Shown here: positions 46,609-55,823 of the stretch, piece after piece
Layout: every line of letters begins with the position of its first letter
How positions within the stretch are numbered: the first letter of the stretch is position 1
From: a virus
Direction: 5' to 3' (one strand)
Length of the DNA stretch: 64,000 nucleotides
Virus record (IMG/VR): IMGVR_UViG_3300005323_000046
Span: 1 to 64,000 of that record
Position numbers and translations under genes: made by a program
The notes under the pieces: generated by a model
What the model was told of the DNA's origin: nothing
Databases searched by the model: none
Seen by the model: the letters and a program-made list of their open reading frames with translations, nothing else

Positions 46609-47346
46609 ATGGTAAGTCTGAATGGATTTTCAGTAAAAGTTCCTGAATGTTTAAGTGAAACTTCAGAGAACTATGTTGTAATGCGACACGGACAACAATA
46701 TTCTTTGAGACTTTCTAATCATCACAAGGAGGATGGGCATGGAAAACCTTGTGACGTGGAAGTTTATATCAACGACGAATTCTGTGGGGCCTACAGGATT
46801 CCTTCTGGAGAAAGTATAATTCTTGAAAGACCCGAATACTCTAATCAAAGATTTACTGCATATAGAATAGACTCTGAAGAAGCCAAAATCGCAAAAATAG
46901 ATCATAATGCTTCTATGGGATTGATTCGCGCAGTATTTAGACCGGGAAATAAAAAGTACGTTTCAAGAATTTCTCAGTCATCAGTGGTTGATCCTTGGTC
47001 CTATGTATCAAAAACTCCAAAAAAACCTTGGGTTCGTCCAGGTATTTATGTGTATGCTGTTTCTGATTGGGATACGATTTCCATATGGAGCGAGAATTCT
47101 TACTCAAACACTACTTTAGACGCAGTTAATCTCACCGTTTCCTCTTCATGTACTTCTCACGATCTCGTAGGTGGAGGAACCGGACTTTCAGGGCAAAGTA
47201 ATCAGAAATTTAATGAGATAGACTCTTTGGATTATGATGAACCATCAGTAAGTATATACTTAAGACTCGCCTTCGAGAAAGATGACAAATCGGAAATAAG
47301 GCCACTGAAGAGGGTTTATAGTACGGCGATTCCAAATCCTATTTAA
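46609..47346 (+). CDS. hypothetical protein
   Basis: 245-aa ORF. Confidence 0.45.
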   Translation: MVSLNGFSVKVPECLSETSENYVVMRHGQQYSLRLSNHHKEDGHGKPCDVEVYINDEFCGAYRIPSGESIILERPEYSNQRFTAYRIDSEEAKIAKIDHNASMGLIRAVFRPGNKKYVSRISQSSVVDPWSYVSKTPKKPWVRPGIYVYAVSDWDTISIWSENSYSNTTLDAVNLTVSSSCTSHDLVGGGTGLSGQSNQKFNEIDSLDYDEPSVSIYLRLAFEKDDKSEIRPLKRVYSTAIPNPI

Positions 47347-47537
47347 ATTTTGGATGTAAAATGTATATAAAGAAATAGGCTACAATTATCGGTGTTTTAA
47401 ATGAGAAAAACTCTATTTTTTGAAGAAAAGTACGGTGTGGACATTAAGGATTTTGCGTCCACCTATGATGTTGATAAATTCTTAGAAAATAAATTAAAAC
47501 GCAGATTGAGAGTTAAATACATTAGGTGTAATATTTT

Positions 47538-47843
47538 ATGAGTAAGGATTTCGAAATGGCAAAGGTCTATATACATAATTATGGACCATTCGTGGGAGAG
47601 AAAATAATTATAAATATTGGAGACGATGGAATGTCTCTAGATTTTCAAAGTTTACCACAATTAATCAAAGATTTACAAAAGATAAATGAGGAGCTAGAAT
47701 ATTATCTAGCACGCGATCAAATTAAAAATGGCATGTTAGAAGAAATGTGGGAAAAGAGAGACCGCGATCCATCTAATGAAAGAGAAATAGAAAAAGAATA
47801 CATGACCAAGGTTATGAAATTTTATGAGACGGGGAAGACTTGA
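47538..47843 (+). CDS. hypothetical protein
   Basis: 101-aa ORF. Confidence 0.4.
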   Translation: MSKDFEMAKVYIHNYGPFVGEKIIINIGDDGMSLDFQSLPQLIKDLQKINEELEYYLARDQIKNGMLEEMWEKRDRDPSNEREIEKEYMTKVMKFYETGKT

Positions 47844-48060
47844 TAGATTTGATGCCTGCTCAGATTGTTTTTACTGGAAGGTAAAACAATTTCTGAGCCG
47901 AAGAAAAGAAAACTTAAGAAGATTTAAAGAAGCAGAAATTAAATACAAGGATCAAGATTTTAATTTAATGGAAATAATTAAAGATCCAATGGGTTGGGCG
48001 GCAGAAATATGGTACGAATATGAAGAATCGTTGAGACCGGAGGATGATTATTATGAATAA
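47824..48060 (+). CDS. hypothetical protein
   Basis: 78-aa ORF. Confidence 0.35.
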   Translation: MRRGRLDRFDACSDCFYWKVKQFLSRRKENLRRFKEAEIKYKDQDFNLMEIIKDPMGWAAEIWYEYEESLRPEDDYYE

Positions 48061-48265
48061 ATATTTAAATATCATTTATCAAATTTGCGGACACGTTCTG
48101 TTTATTTTAATGGGAATTGGAGGAATTTATTTAGCCACGTTTAAATCTGATATGGTCCCTGCATGGCTTAGAATTTTAGCCATTATTGGAGGATTTGTTT
48201 TGATAATTATCATGATTCCGTCTATGTATACGGGCTTAACAAGAAACGGAGATGACGGTTATTAG
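48044..48265 (+). CDS. small two-transmembrane membrane protein
   Basis: Hydrophobic. Confidence 0.4.
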   Translation: MIIMNKYLNIIYQICGHVLFILMGIGGIYLATFKSDMVPAWLRILAIIGGFVLIIIMIPSMYTGLTRNGDDGY

Positions 48266-48896
48266 ATGTATAGTTCTGGGAGATGCCCACGGGAGCCCTC
48301 ATTTAATTAATAACGTATTATATCATTCTCAATACAATAAAGACTCTGACAGATTAATTTTTGCAGGAGATCTCGTGGATATAGGATTCGAAGCTCTACG
48401 GTGTATAAACATATTGAGAGATAATCAAGCAGAGCTTTTAATAGGAAATCATGACGCTGCTATTGTTTTAAATAAACAGATTTGGCCTCAAAATATGGTG
48501 AATTACGAGGAGCAAGAAAAAATTATTGAAATCCAATCTGAATTTAAAATGGCTGCGGTTCATGATAATGTATTGATTACTCATGCAGGATTATCCGAGG
48601 TTTATTTTAAGAATCAAAACAACGTAAATCTTATTGCAGAAACTTTAAATAAGACGAAGCTAATAAACCTCTGGTCGGGAGATAATATTTTGTGGTATCG
48701 TCTAGGAGAAGGAATAAAACCACACCCAGAAATCATACAGGTGGTGGGACATACTCCGCCAGCTTGGTGTAGACCAATAAAGGACTTCTATATGGTAGAT
48801 CCTTATTGTAAAGTGGGATTTGACTCTGAAAGATATAGGTACGCTGTAATAGAAAATGGAAATGTAGAGATCTTTGATTCGAACGAGAGGAGATAG
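48252..48896 (+). CDS. calcineurin-like metallophosphoesterase (lambda-phosphatase/Pnkp-phosphatase fold)
   Basis: GDAHG, GDLVDIG and GNHD motifs in canonical order. Confidence 0.75.
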   Translation: MTVIRCIVLGDAHGSPHLINNVLYHSQYNKDSDRLIFAGDLVDIGFEALRCINILRDNQAELLIGNHDAAIVLNKQIWPQNMVNYEEQEKIIEIQSEFKMAAVHDNVLITHAGLSEVYFKNQNNVNLIAETLNKTKLINLWSGDNILWYRLGEGIKPHPEIIQVVGHTPPAWCRPIKDFYMVDPYCKVGFDSERYRYAVIENGNVEIFDSNERR

Positions 48897-48909
48897 AAGA
48901 CCTGCTTAT

Positions 48910-48924
48910 AAAATATAGTATTTG
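48910..48924 (+). promoter_or_regulatory. promoter-like motif AAATATAGTATTTGG
   Basis: Variant of the recurrent motif, 10 nt upstream of the 48935 TTG start. Confidence 0.3.
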
Positions 48925-48934
48925 GTGATAAACT

Positions 48935-49336
48935 TTGAGTAGGACAAGGCGAATCTACAACAAAAGACCTATTGAGGGTGGGCCAGGATTTAAGGGATGG
49001 ATTACGACAGAAGTAAAACAAGAAATTTTGCAATCAGAAAAAAGATGGTATAACAAATCGATGCGTCCAGAAGATGGAGAAAATCCTTTTATTTCCATGA
49101 CCCCTTGGATAACTTACCATCCTTATCGCCAAGTTTGTTGCGGTCATTGTAAATACTGTAAAGATCGCATGAAATCTAAGCGGCGGAGATTAGCTTATAA
49201 AAAAGAACTTAGATTTGTGTCATGGATGGAATCAGATACTTATTATTTTATGTGGAACTGGGGTCTTGAAGATGTTCGAGCAGGATTATTTGGAGACTAC
49301 TTGGCAGAAAGGGTTTTACAAAATCTAGACATATGA
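48935..49336 (+). CDS. Cys-rich basic protein (TTG start)
   Basis: CCGHCKYCKD; 133 aa. Confidence 0.35.
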   Translation: MSRTRRIYNKRPIEGGPGFKGWITTEVKQEILQSEKRWYNKSMRPEDGENPFISMTPWITYHPYRQVCCGHCKYCKDRMKSKRRRLAYKKELRFVSWMESDTYYFMWNWGLEDVRAGLFGDYLAERVLQNLDI

Positions 49337-49356
49337 TCCACATTGACCGTAATCTA

Positions 49357-49370
49357 TTTATACTATTAAG
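49357..49370 (+). promoter_or_regulatory. promoter-like motif TTTATACTATTAAG
   Basis: Variant of the recurrent motif at the start of the 340-nt ORF-free leader. Confidence 0.35.
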
Positions 49371-49680
49371 TTAATAATTTAAGTTCGTCCCAAGGGAAAA
49401 CCATTCTTAGCTCCATGTCGTCTCCTTCCCAACGCCGCCCTCTTCCGGCGTGGTCCGTTATGTCTCCTCGCGGGCCTATAATCTACCCCTTGGGATTCTC
49501 TCCCTATTTTATTAATTTCTTTTAGTAGGCTTACGCCATCGACAACTATTTAAGCCCACGATCCAGTATTAATAATGTTTTAATAAAGGTGATTTTATTC
49601 CGATCAAAGCCCTTGGCAGAAAAGCCTATCACAGAATTCCTCATTTACTCGGATCTCACGCCGAAAAGGGAGACTTCTTT

Positions 49681-51390
49681 GTGAATGAAGGAATGGACAG
49701 AATATGTACCCGTAAAGCGCGAGATTCTAAAGACAAAATAGTCGTGCAGGAGAAACTAGATGGCTGTGTGCCATATCGGACAATGATTATAACGTCAGAA
49801 GGCAGAATCCCAATAGGAAAAATAGTCGGGAAAAGAATGCCGGTAGAGATCGCAAGCTATAATTTAGAAAAGGAAATCATAGAATGGAAACCTATTGAAG
49901 AATATCATAAATATGTCAATACAGATAAACCACTTATAAGAATTTTAGTTAAATCTAAAAAGCGCGGGAACCCAATATGTAAAATTGTATGTACCCCGAA
50001 TCATCAATTCTTTACTGATACGGGGTACGTAGAAGCAAAAGATTTATTACCAAACCAAATTGTATACCAATTTTCGGATAAATTAGATTATATTACTAAG
50101 CAAATAGTTCTAGGAACTCTCTTGGGAGACGGATCGATTAGTCGATCGTGTCCACAAAGTCCAAATGCCAGATGCGCTATTGTGTTTGGACACTGCGAAA
50201 AACAAAAAGAGTATTATGAGACTAAATGCGAAATTTTAGGAAATTTGATTTCTGGTAAAGACATTAGACGTGGTGGTTACGAAGGGAGTACGAATATTTA
50301 CCGTGCCCATACTCACGCAACAATGGGTCTGGATAAACTTATAAGAGAACATTGTTTAATAGATAACAAAAAAGGGGTCACTGAAAAATGGGTAAATGCA
50401 CTTGATCCGTTAGCCCTCGCTATTTGGTATCAAGACGACGGATCAAGTACATTTAGTAAAGAACAACGTCCTAGGCTCCATTTTGCGACAAATGGCTTCT
50501 CTTGGGAAATGGTCGAAAAATTAAAAGACTGTTTAAAAAATCGCTTCGGTATCGATAACGAGATCTTTGATTACAAAGGTCCCACTATTGCCGTAACCGC
50601 AGACGGAACAGAAAGGTTGTTCGGAATTATCGCCCCATATATTTCAGATTCAATGAAATATAAAATTTTTGAAAATTTCAGGAATATTCCGTGCATCTTA
50701 AACAATTTGGTACCGAATAAACCCTTGAACGGGATTATAGAAACAGAAGTAGTCAGGACCGAATCGAACGTTAAAGTATGGGAAATGCCTAAAACGCAGT
50801 ACGACCTTACCATTAAAGATAATCACAACTATTTTGCTGGAGATATTTTAGTACACAACTCGTCATGTGCAGTAGCACGAATTGATGGAATTTTAACACC
50901 AGTAACCCGTAAAGGTTGGCAGGCAAATACATCTAAATTTAAACAACATAGATTGTTTTCCGACTGGTTCTATAAACATCAGGATGAATTTGAGTTTCTA
51001 GAGGATGACCAAAGACTTTGTGGAGAATGGCTGGCCCAGGCTCATGGGACACGCTATAAATTACAGCACGAACCGTTTGTGGCATTTGATCTCCTTGGTC
51101 CCGGTGGAGCTAAAACGGTAGAAGTATTCAACTCTATTGTTCCGTCATTCTTCCCTAGACCTTATATTCTTCATGAGGGAGGCCCAATAACCACTCAAGA
51201 AGTAGATGCCTTAATTGGGAAATTTGGTCATCATGGAGCGCTAGAGCTTGCCGAAGGAGCAGTCTATAGAGTAGAAAGAGAAGGAAAACTTGATTTTATG
51301 GCTAAATATGTACGAAAAGAAAAGAAGATTGGACAATATTTAGGAGATCATGAAGAAATATGGAATGAAGGATTAGAAAAATTTCTATGA
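49681..51390 (+). CDS. Rnl/ligase-like nucleotidyltransferase interrupted by an intein
   Basis: Extein motif I EKLDG|S is split by the intein; after the intein come motif III CGEWL, motif IV EGAVYRVE and motif V AKYVRKEK; the spliced extein would be ~204 aa. Confidence 0.65.
   Translation: MNEGMDRICTRKARDSKDKIVVQEKLDGCVPYRTMIITSEGRIPIGKIVGKRMPVEIASYNLEKEIIEWKPIEEYHKYVNTDKPLIRILVKSKKRGNPICKIVCTPNHQFFTDTGYVEAKDLLPNQIVYQFSDKLDYITKQIVLGTLLGDGSISRSCPQSPNARCAIVFGHCEKQKEYYETKCEILGNLISGKDIRRGGYEGSTNIYRAHTHATMGLDKLIREHCLIDNKKGVTEKWVNALDPLALAIWYQDDGSSTFSKEQRPRLHFATNGFSWEMVEKLKDCLKNRFGIDNEIFDYKGPTIAVTADGTERLFGIIAPYISDSMKYKIFENFRNIPCILNNLVPNKPLNGIIETEVVRTESNVKVWEMPKTQYDLTIKDNHNYFAGDILVHNSSCAVARIDGILTPVTRKGWQANTSKFKQHRLFSDWFYKHQDEFEFLEDDQRLCGEWLAQAHGTRYKLQHEPFVAFDLLGPGGAKTVEVFNSIVPSFFPRPYILHEGGPITTQEVDALIGKFGHHGALELAEGAVYRVEREGKLDFMAKYVRKEKKIGQYLGDHEEIWNEGLEKFL
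49765..50859 (+). mobile_element. intein with a LAGLIDADG homing-endonuclease domain (365 aa)
   Basis: Starts with Cys (CVPYRTMIITSEG), block B TPNHQF, LAGLIDADG motifs LGTLLGDGSI and LAIWYQDDGSS, ends ..ILVHN followed by the +1 Ser. Confidence 0.75.
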
Positions 51391-51633
51391 CCGAAATCCT
51401 TAAATACTTTTAGTACCATTACATAGGTTTCAAACTAGCTTATGTGGAGGTAACTAAAATGAAATTATCTCGGGACCTTAATTCTGTTCAAAATCGAATT
51501 ATCGCCAAGACTACGAAGAACAAAGAAGATATCTGACAGATAACATTGTAACCATGCGAGCAATGTTCAAGAAGTATAAAAAGATAAACGGTAGATAACC
51601 TACCAAAAACTATTTATTCTAGCGCCGCATTAT

Positions 51634-52938
51634 TTGAGTATCAAAGAGGAGCATAAAACTATGACAGAAAATTTCGATCTAAATGCCGCGATACAGCGCG
51701 GAGTTGAAGCGACAGGACTCAACAAAGATACTTTTAAGGATAAGTACGCAGCCAAACTTAAGGTTCTTCAGGATGCAAAGACAAAGCCATTCAACCTGAA
51801 TGTCGGAGGGATAGCTAAGATCCTAACCGTGGAAGAAATGGCAGTTAATCAGGTTATCTCTTGCGAAAAGGCCGCTTCCAAGGGAGATACAGAGATATTG
51901 TTTTATCTCGAAGCTCAAGACGATGCGAAACTTACAAAAAATGGCAAGACGTTTTCCAATCTATATATTATCGTTCCCGTAGGAAATAATACTGACCTAT
52001 TCCATTCTGAGTCTAAAACCGAAGAGTGTGTAAGGATCAGAACTACACATTGGAACAACAAGTCCTTCCGACCTGGATTCTATAGGGGCAAACTCAACAA
52101 ATCAATTAGAGATGGATACACCAACTATGGAATAAATGATATCGGTACAACAGAAAGAACCTTTACAGTCCCACAAATGGCTCAAGGAGTTCCGTTTAGA
52201 ATCTTGGCGGCATACGACCCCAAGCCTGTAATGAGAAACTCAAAGGACGCAGATGGGCAGGTCGCGAAAGGAGAAGATGGGAAGTTCCTTAAGGAGCCAG
52301 TTTACAAGAAAGCTCGGGACGGACAAATTTCCGCAGAGCCTCTTATGTCTCGCTCGATGGAGATTCTTGTTCTTAACTCTAATGGAACTACCGAGGCTCG
52401 GACTGTTTCTACGGTATTCGATGAGTGGATGGCCCACAAGGTAGACTTTGGAGCGACATATAAGGGAGTTCTAAGAGAGAATGGACCTTATTGGAATCTT
52501 AATAGCAAACCAAACACATCCAGTGAGAAAATCACGATAGATGATAGTTTGGCTTGTGATGTTATTGCGGACCTTAATGGAATTCGTAATTACGCTGGTA
52601 AATTTGTGAAATTACAACCAATGTTTGGGGATGCAATTGTAGAAGTAAAGCAGAATCCAGAAAAAGGAACTAAAATAGGTTATACTACGATCTCAGATAT
52701 GAGCGCTAATTCCATTAATATCATTGGAGATGCAGCCATATTTGACTTTGTAACGGGTCCCAAAGGAAACCTCGCTGGAATCGTACAGGTGATTGGGAAG
52801 GTGTTTATTAACAAAGAGAGAGATACTCCCGGAATAAGGGCATACACAATAAAGGATATTAGCTCTGGGATGCCTTCTGAACCGATAAAGATAGATGAGG
52901 GAACGCCGAAGGATGCCGTCGCATCTGAGGCGTGGTAG
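51634..52938 (+). CDS. hypothetical 434-aa protein (possibly highly expressed or structural)
   Basis: Long ORF followed directly by a terminator-like hairpin. Confidence 0.45.
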   Translation: MSIKEEHKTMTENFDLNAAIQRGVEATGLNKDTFKDKYAAKLKVLQDAKTKPFNLNVGGIAKILTVEEMAVNQVISCEKAASKGDTEILFYLEAQDDAKLTKNGKTFSNLYIIVPVGNNTDLFHSESKTEECVRIRTTHWNNKSFRPGFYRGKLNKSIRDGYTNYGINDIGTTERTFTVPQMAQGVPFRILAAYDPKPVMRNSKDADGQVAKGEDGKFLKEPVYKKARDGQISAEPLMSRSMEILVLNSNGTTEARTVSTVFDEWMAHKVDFGATYKGVLRENGPYWNLNSKPNTSSEKITIDDSLACDVIADLNGIRNYAGKFVKLQPMFGDAIVEVKQNPEKGTKIGYTTISDMSANSINIIGDAAIFDFVTGPKGNLAGIVQVIGKVFINKERDTPGIRAYTIKDISSGMPSEPIKIDEGTPKDAVASEAW

Positions 52939-52961
52939 GCTTCGGCCTAGGCTTTATTTTT
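52936..52961 (+). terminator. candidate intrinsic terminator
   Basis: TAGGC-TTCG-GCCTA hairpin (UUCG loop) followed by GGCTTTATTTTT. Confidence 0.45.
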
Positions 52962-52977
52962 AGGAGGTTTAATTAAG

Positions 52978-53121
52978 ATGTTAGGCATATCAGAATTTGC
53001 TATTGTGTTATGTGCGTTTGCACTTGGTTTGGATGTTGCAGTTAAGTCGTACCACTGGGCTACAGTAATGTTTCTATGTATAGTGGCGAATGCATATTCC
53101 CTTGGATGGTTCACGCATTAG
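52978..53121 (+). CDS. small hydrophobic peptide (47 aa; not in the ORF track)
   Basis: TAGGAGG 9 nt upstream of the ATG; MLGISEFAIVLCAFALGLDVAV.. Confidence 0.35.
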   Translation: MLGISEFAIVLCAFALGLDVAVKSYHWATVMFLCIVANAYSLGWFTH

Positions 53122-53275
53122 GGGTTCTATGCTATCCGTTAACATCGTAGATAATATGACTGAACTTGCCGCTAAAAAATATCTCAAATTAATCATTCAG
53201 TCTTTAAACGCATTAGATACTGAAGACTTTTTTGGAACAGAAGGATGGAGAAAATATTTAGGATTTGAGGAATAA
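53090..53275 (+). CDS. hypothetical small protein
   Basis: 61-aa ORF; start uncertain. Confidence 0.3.
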   Translation: MHIPLDGSRIRGSMLSVNIVDNMTELAAKKYLKLIIQSLNALDTEDFFGTEGWRKYLGFEE

Positions 53276-53277
53276 TT

Positions 53278-53520
53278 ATGTTAGACCAACAATTTATCGA
53301 CGAAATTAAGGCGTGCGCCGAGAAACTACTTAACACCTCTCAAGCACTATATGACAAGGCACAGACTCTAACTGCTAATGAATCTGATAAAGATATTGCT
53401 CAAAAGATAGTTGCTATTGAGGGATATCTTGAACTTGTTGGCGGCGGGAAGAGGGATGTGAATAAAGCAAGAAAAGCTATAGCACAAGAGCTAAATGTTT
53501 ATGCGGGAATAGGGGAGTAG
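53278..53520 (+). CDS. hypothetical protein
   Basis: 80-aa ORF. Confidence 0.4.
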   Translation: MLDQQFIDEIKACAEKLLNTSQALYDKAQTLTANESDKDIAQKIVAIEGYLELVGGGKRDVNKARKAIAQELNVYAGIGE

Positions 53521-53523
53521 GAG

Positions 53524-53907
53524 ATGTTCCTTCCAGATAATCCTATTTTGTTCCCTAAACCAAAATTTGTTAAATGTCCCAAGTGTAATGATACTTGGTA
53601 TTGGCGAACTTGGTACAAGGGATCAAGAACTACAGCCTGTTCTAATTGTAAATTTAAAGTAGTTCCACAAGAAATTCCAGGTAATAAAGCAAGACTTATT
53701 AGATGTCCTAAATGTCATAGATTGCAATGGTATACTGGAGATAAACCTAGAACAACCTGTACCAAGAAAGATTGTAAACGGAGGAATATGATTGTTCAGG
53801 TAGCAACTAAAGATGAATTGTGTAAAATTCTTAAGTCGTTTTTAAACGGACTCAATTCGTCTGAAACGGAAAAATATTATTTAGATAGGATAAAGGAACA
53901 CTCTTAA
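53524..53907 (+). CDS. double zinc-ribbon protein
   Basis: CPKCND..CSNC and CPKCH..C. Confidence 0.4.
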   Translation: MFLPDNPILFPKPKFVKCPKCNDTWYWRTWYKGSRTTACSNCKFKVVPQEIPGNKARLIRCPKCHRLQWYTGDKPRTTCTKKDCKRRNMIVQVATKDELCKILKSFLNGLNSSETEKYYLDRIKEHS

Positions 53908-54124
53908 AGTAATATTTTTACTATAATTAAAGGAGTATGATACTTTGTTCTGCCCTAAGATAAACAACGAATGTGTTTTAGATAAATGCGTAGCTTATAT
54001 TCCAAAAGAGGAGTCTTGTGTCATGAGAAAAAATTGCGAGTCGCTAGAGAGAATTGCAATTGCTCTCGAAAGAATTTTAGCGACCAGATATGGTCGTTGA
54101 CCATTTTTTTAAGGAGAATTACTT

Positions 54125-54592
54125 ATGCCAGATCCATTTACTACTGAAGAAGACTCTATTTTAAAGGAATTTTACGGAAAAATCCCTATTAGGAGAAATA
54201 TTAAAAAAGAATCTCTACAAGATAAACTCTGGGGCCGATCAGAGAGTCAAATTATAAATAGAATAAAAGAACTAGAATTGAACGTCCCAAAATTAGAATA
54301 CCTACATCACTACAATCAAGAAGATATTGAATATTTAAAAAAGAATTATGCAACCACTTCTTGGGAAGAATTAATCTTTATGTTGGGGCGAGATAGAGAT
54401 AGTATTGCAGGTAAAGCATCTAAACTCGGCTTAAAAAGAGCAGAACGAGAGTCTACGTGGTCTTTTGGCGACAGAGAATTTTTAATTGAAAATTATTCTA
54501 CGATGACCGCAAAAGAAATTGGAAATAAATTGGGAAAATCAAGTTTTTCTGTATATCACCGAGCAGGGAAAATGGGACTGAAGAAGAGATGA
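54125..54592 (+). CDS. protein with three helix-turn-helix-like DNA-binding repeats
   Basis: Three ~45-aa repeats (..EED..L...Y...S.-..I...LGR.....-....KLGLK) related to the N-terminus of the LAGLIDADG endonuclease at 27901. Confidence 0.45.
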   Translation: MPDPFTTEEDSILKEFYGKIPIRRNIKKESLQDKLWGRSESQIINRIKELELNVPKLEYLHHYNQEDIEYLKKNYATTSWEELIFMLGRDRDSIAGKASKLGLKRAERESTWSFGDREFLIENYSTMTAKEIGNKLGKSSFSVYHRAGKMGLKKR

Positions 54593-54777
54593 AACAAATA
54601 GATGAATCTGTAAAATTTCTGATTTGTTGCCTCGGAACACCATCTCTGGTAATATTACTTTTGTTTTTCGCGTCTTATGTCGCTAATCCCGCTCAAACAA
54701 TTGATGGAAAATCTATTATTACACTATTATCTTTGGTCTTTTTCGGGGTTATGTTTATTTTTAGTCTGAGGAGATGA
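54589..54777 (+). CDS. small membrane protein
   Basis: 2 predicted transmembrane segments. Confidence 0.35.
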   Translation: MKQIDESVKFLICCLGTPSLVILLLFFASYVANPAQTIDGKSIITLLSLVFFGVMFIFSLRR

Positions 54778-54802
54778 TTTAATTGGAAATCAATAAAATT
54801 TA

Positions 54803-55006
54803 TTGCGGGAATTCTTTGGCAATGGAGAGAATATGGAAATGAAACTGTATGACATATTTGACAAAATTGGAATTTTCATCTTGATATTATCCCTTTGGTC
54901 TTTATTGTCAAGTAGAGTAATGATTTCTCTCGCTCTTATGTTTACGGGATATGCAATTCTCGGAATTAATATGATGATTAGAAATACTGTAACTGGATGG
55001 GGATAA
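54803..55006 (+). CDS. small membrane protein
   Basis: 2 predicted transmembrane segments. Confidence 0.35.
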   Translation: MREFFGNGENMEMKLYDIFDKIGIFILILSLWSLLSSRVMISLALMFTGYAILGINMMIRNTVTGWG

Positions 55007-55043
55007 AGACATTATTTTATTAATAACTTAAAGAGGGATAAAT

Positions 55044-55823
55044 TTGATATCTAGCGGAGCGGATCTAAAACCTTATAAGAATAAGGAATGGCTTAACGAG
55101 CAGATAAACATATTGGGAAAGACACAAAGGCGAGTTGCAAAGGAATGTAATTGCGCCGTTGGGACAATAAATAGATGGATAAATTACAATAAAACTATAG
55201 GAAAAGAACAAAAATACAGACTGGAGAACCATAAATCAATAATTGAGTATCAGAGAAGGTATAATGCACAATTAAAAACAAGATTGTTTGACATATTAGG
55301 CTACGAATGTGTTATGTGTGGAGAATCAAATAAAAAGTATTTAACATTTGACCATATAAATAACGACTCTAAGATCGATAAAAAGATATATGGCGAAAAC
55401 TATATCTATGGAATGATCCAACACTGGAATAAAACAGCATGGCCCAAGGATATAGAAATAAGAAAAAAAATACAAGTTTTAGATTACAATTGCAACTGTG
55501 GTGTTAAGCGACGCGAATATTTTAATCTGCCAAAATCAAAAATAACCAAATCCCAAAAACGACAAATAAATCTTTGGAGAAAAGCGTATAACTTTTTTGG
55601 ACCATGTAGAATTTGCGGTGATAAAGATTTAATTCACTTGTGTATTGGGCACGTAAACCATAACGGAGCTGAAATGAGACGAAACGGAGAAACAGATTCA
55701 ACAAAATTACTAGCTAAATGGAAAGAAGCAAAATGGCCAGAAGAACTAAAAGAAAGATATTCTCTAGAATGTTTTAACGACAACTGCAATCGATTTAGTG
55801 AAAGCGAAGGAAAAATTATTTAG
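55044..55823 (+). CDS. HNH-like endonuclease, paralogue of the gene at 62686
   Basis: YECVMCGESNKKYLTFDHINND and CRICGDKDLIHLCIGHVNHNG; also shares AKWPEELKERY and FFGPC with the 62686 protein. Confidence 0.5.
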   Translation: MISSGADLKPYKNKEWLNEQINILGKTQRRVAKECNCAVGTINRWINYNKTIGKEQKYRLENHKSIIEYQRRYNAQLKTRLFDILGYECVMCGESNKKYLTFDHINNDSKIDKKIYGENYIYGMIQHWNKTAWPKDIEIRKKIQVLDYNCNCGVKRREYFNLPKSKITKSQKRQINLWRKAYNFFGPCRICGDKDLIHLCIGHVNHNGAEMRRNGETDSTKLLAKWKEAKWPEELKERYSLECFNDNCNRFSESEGKII

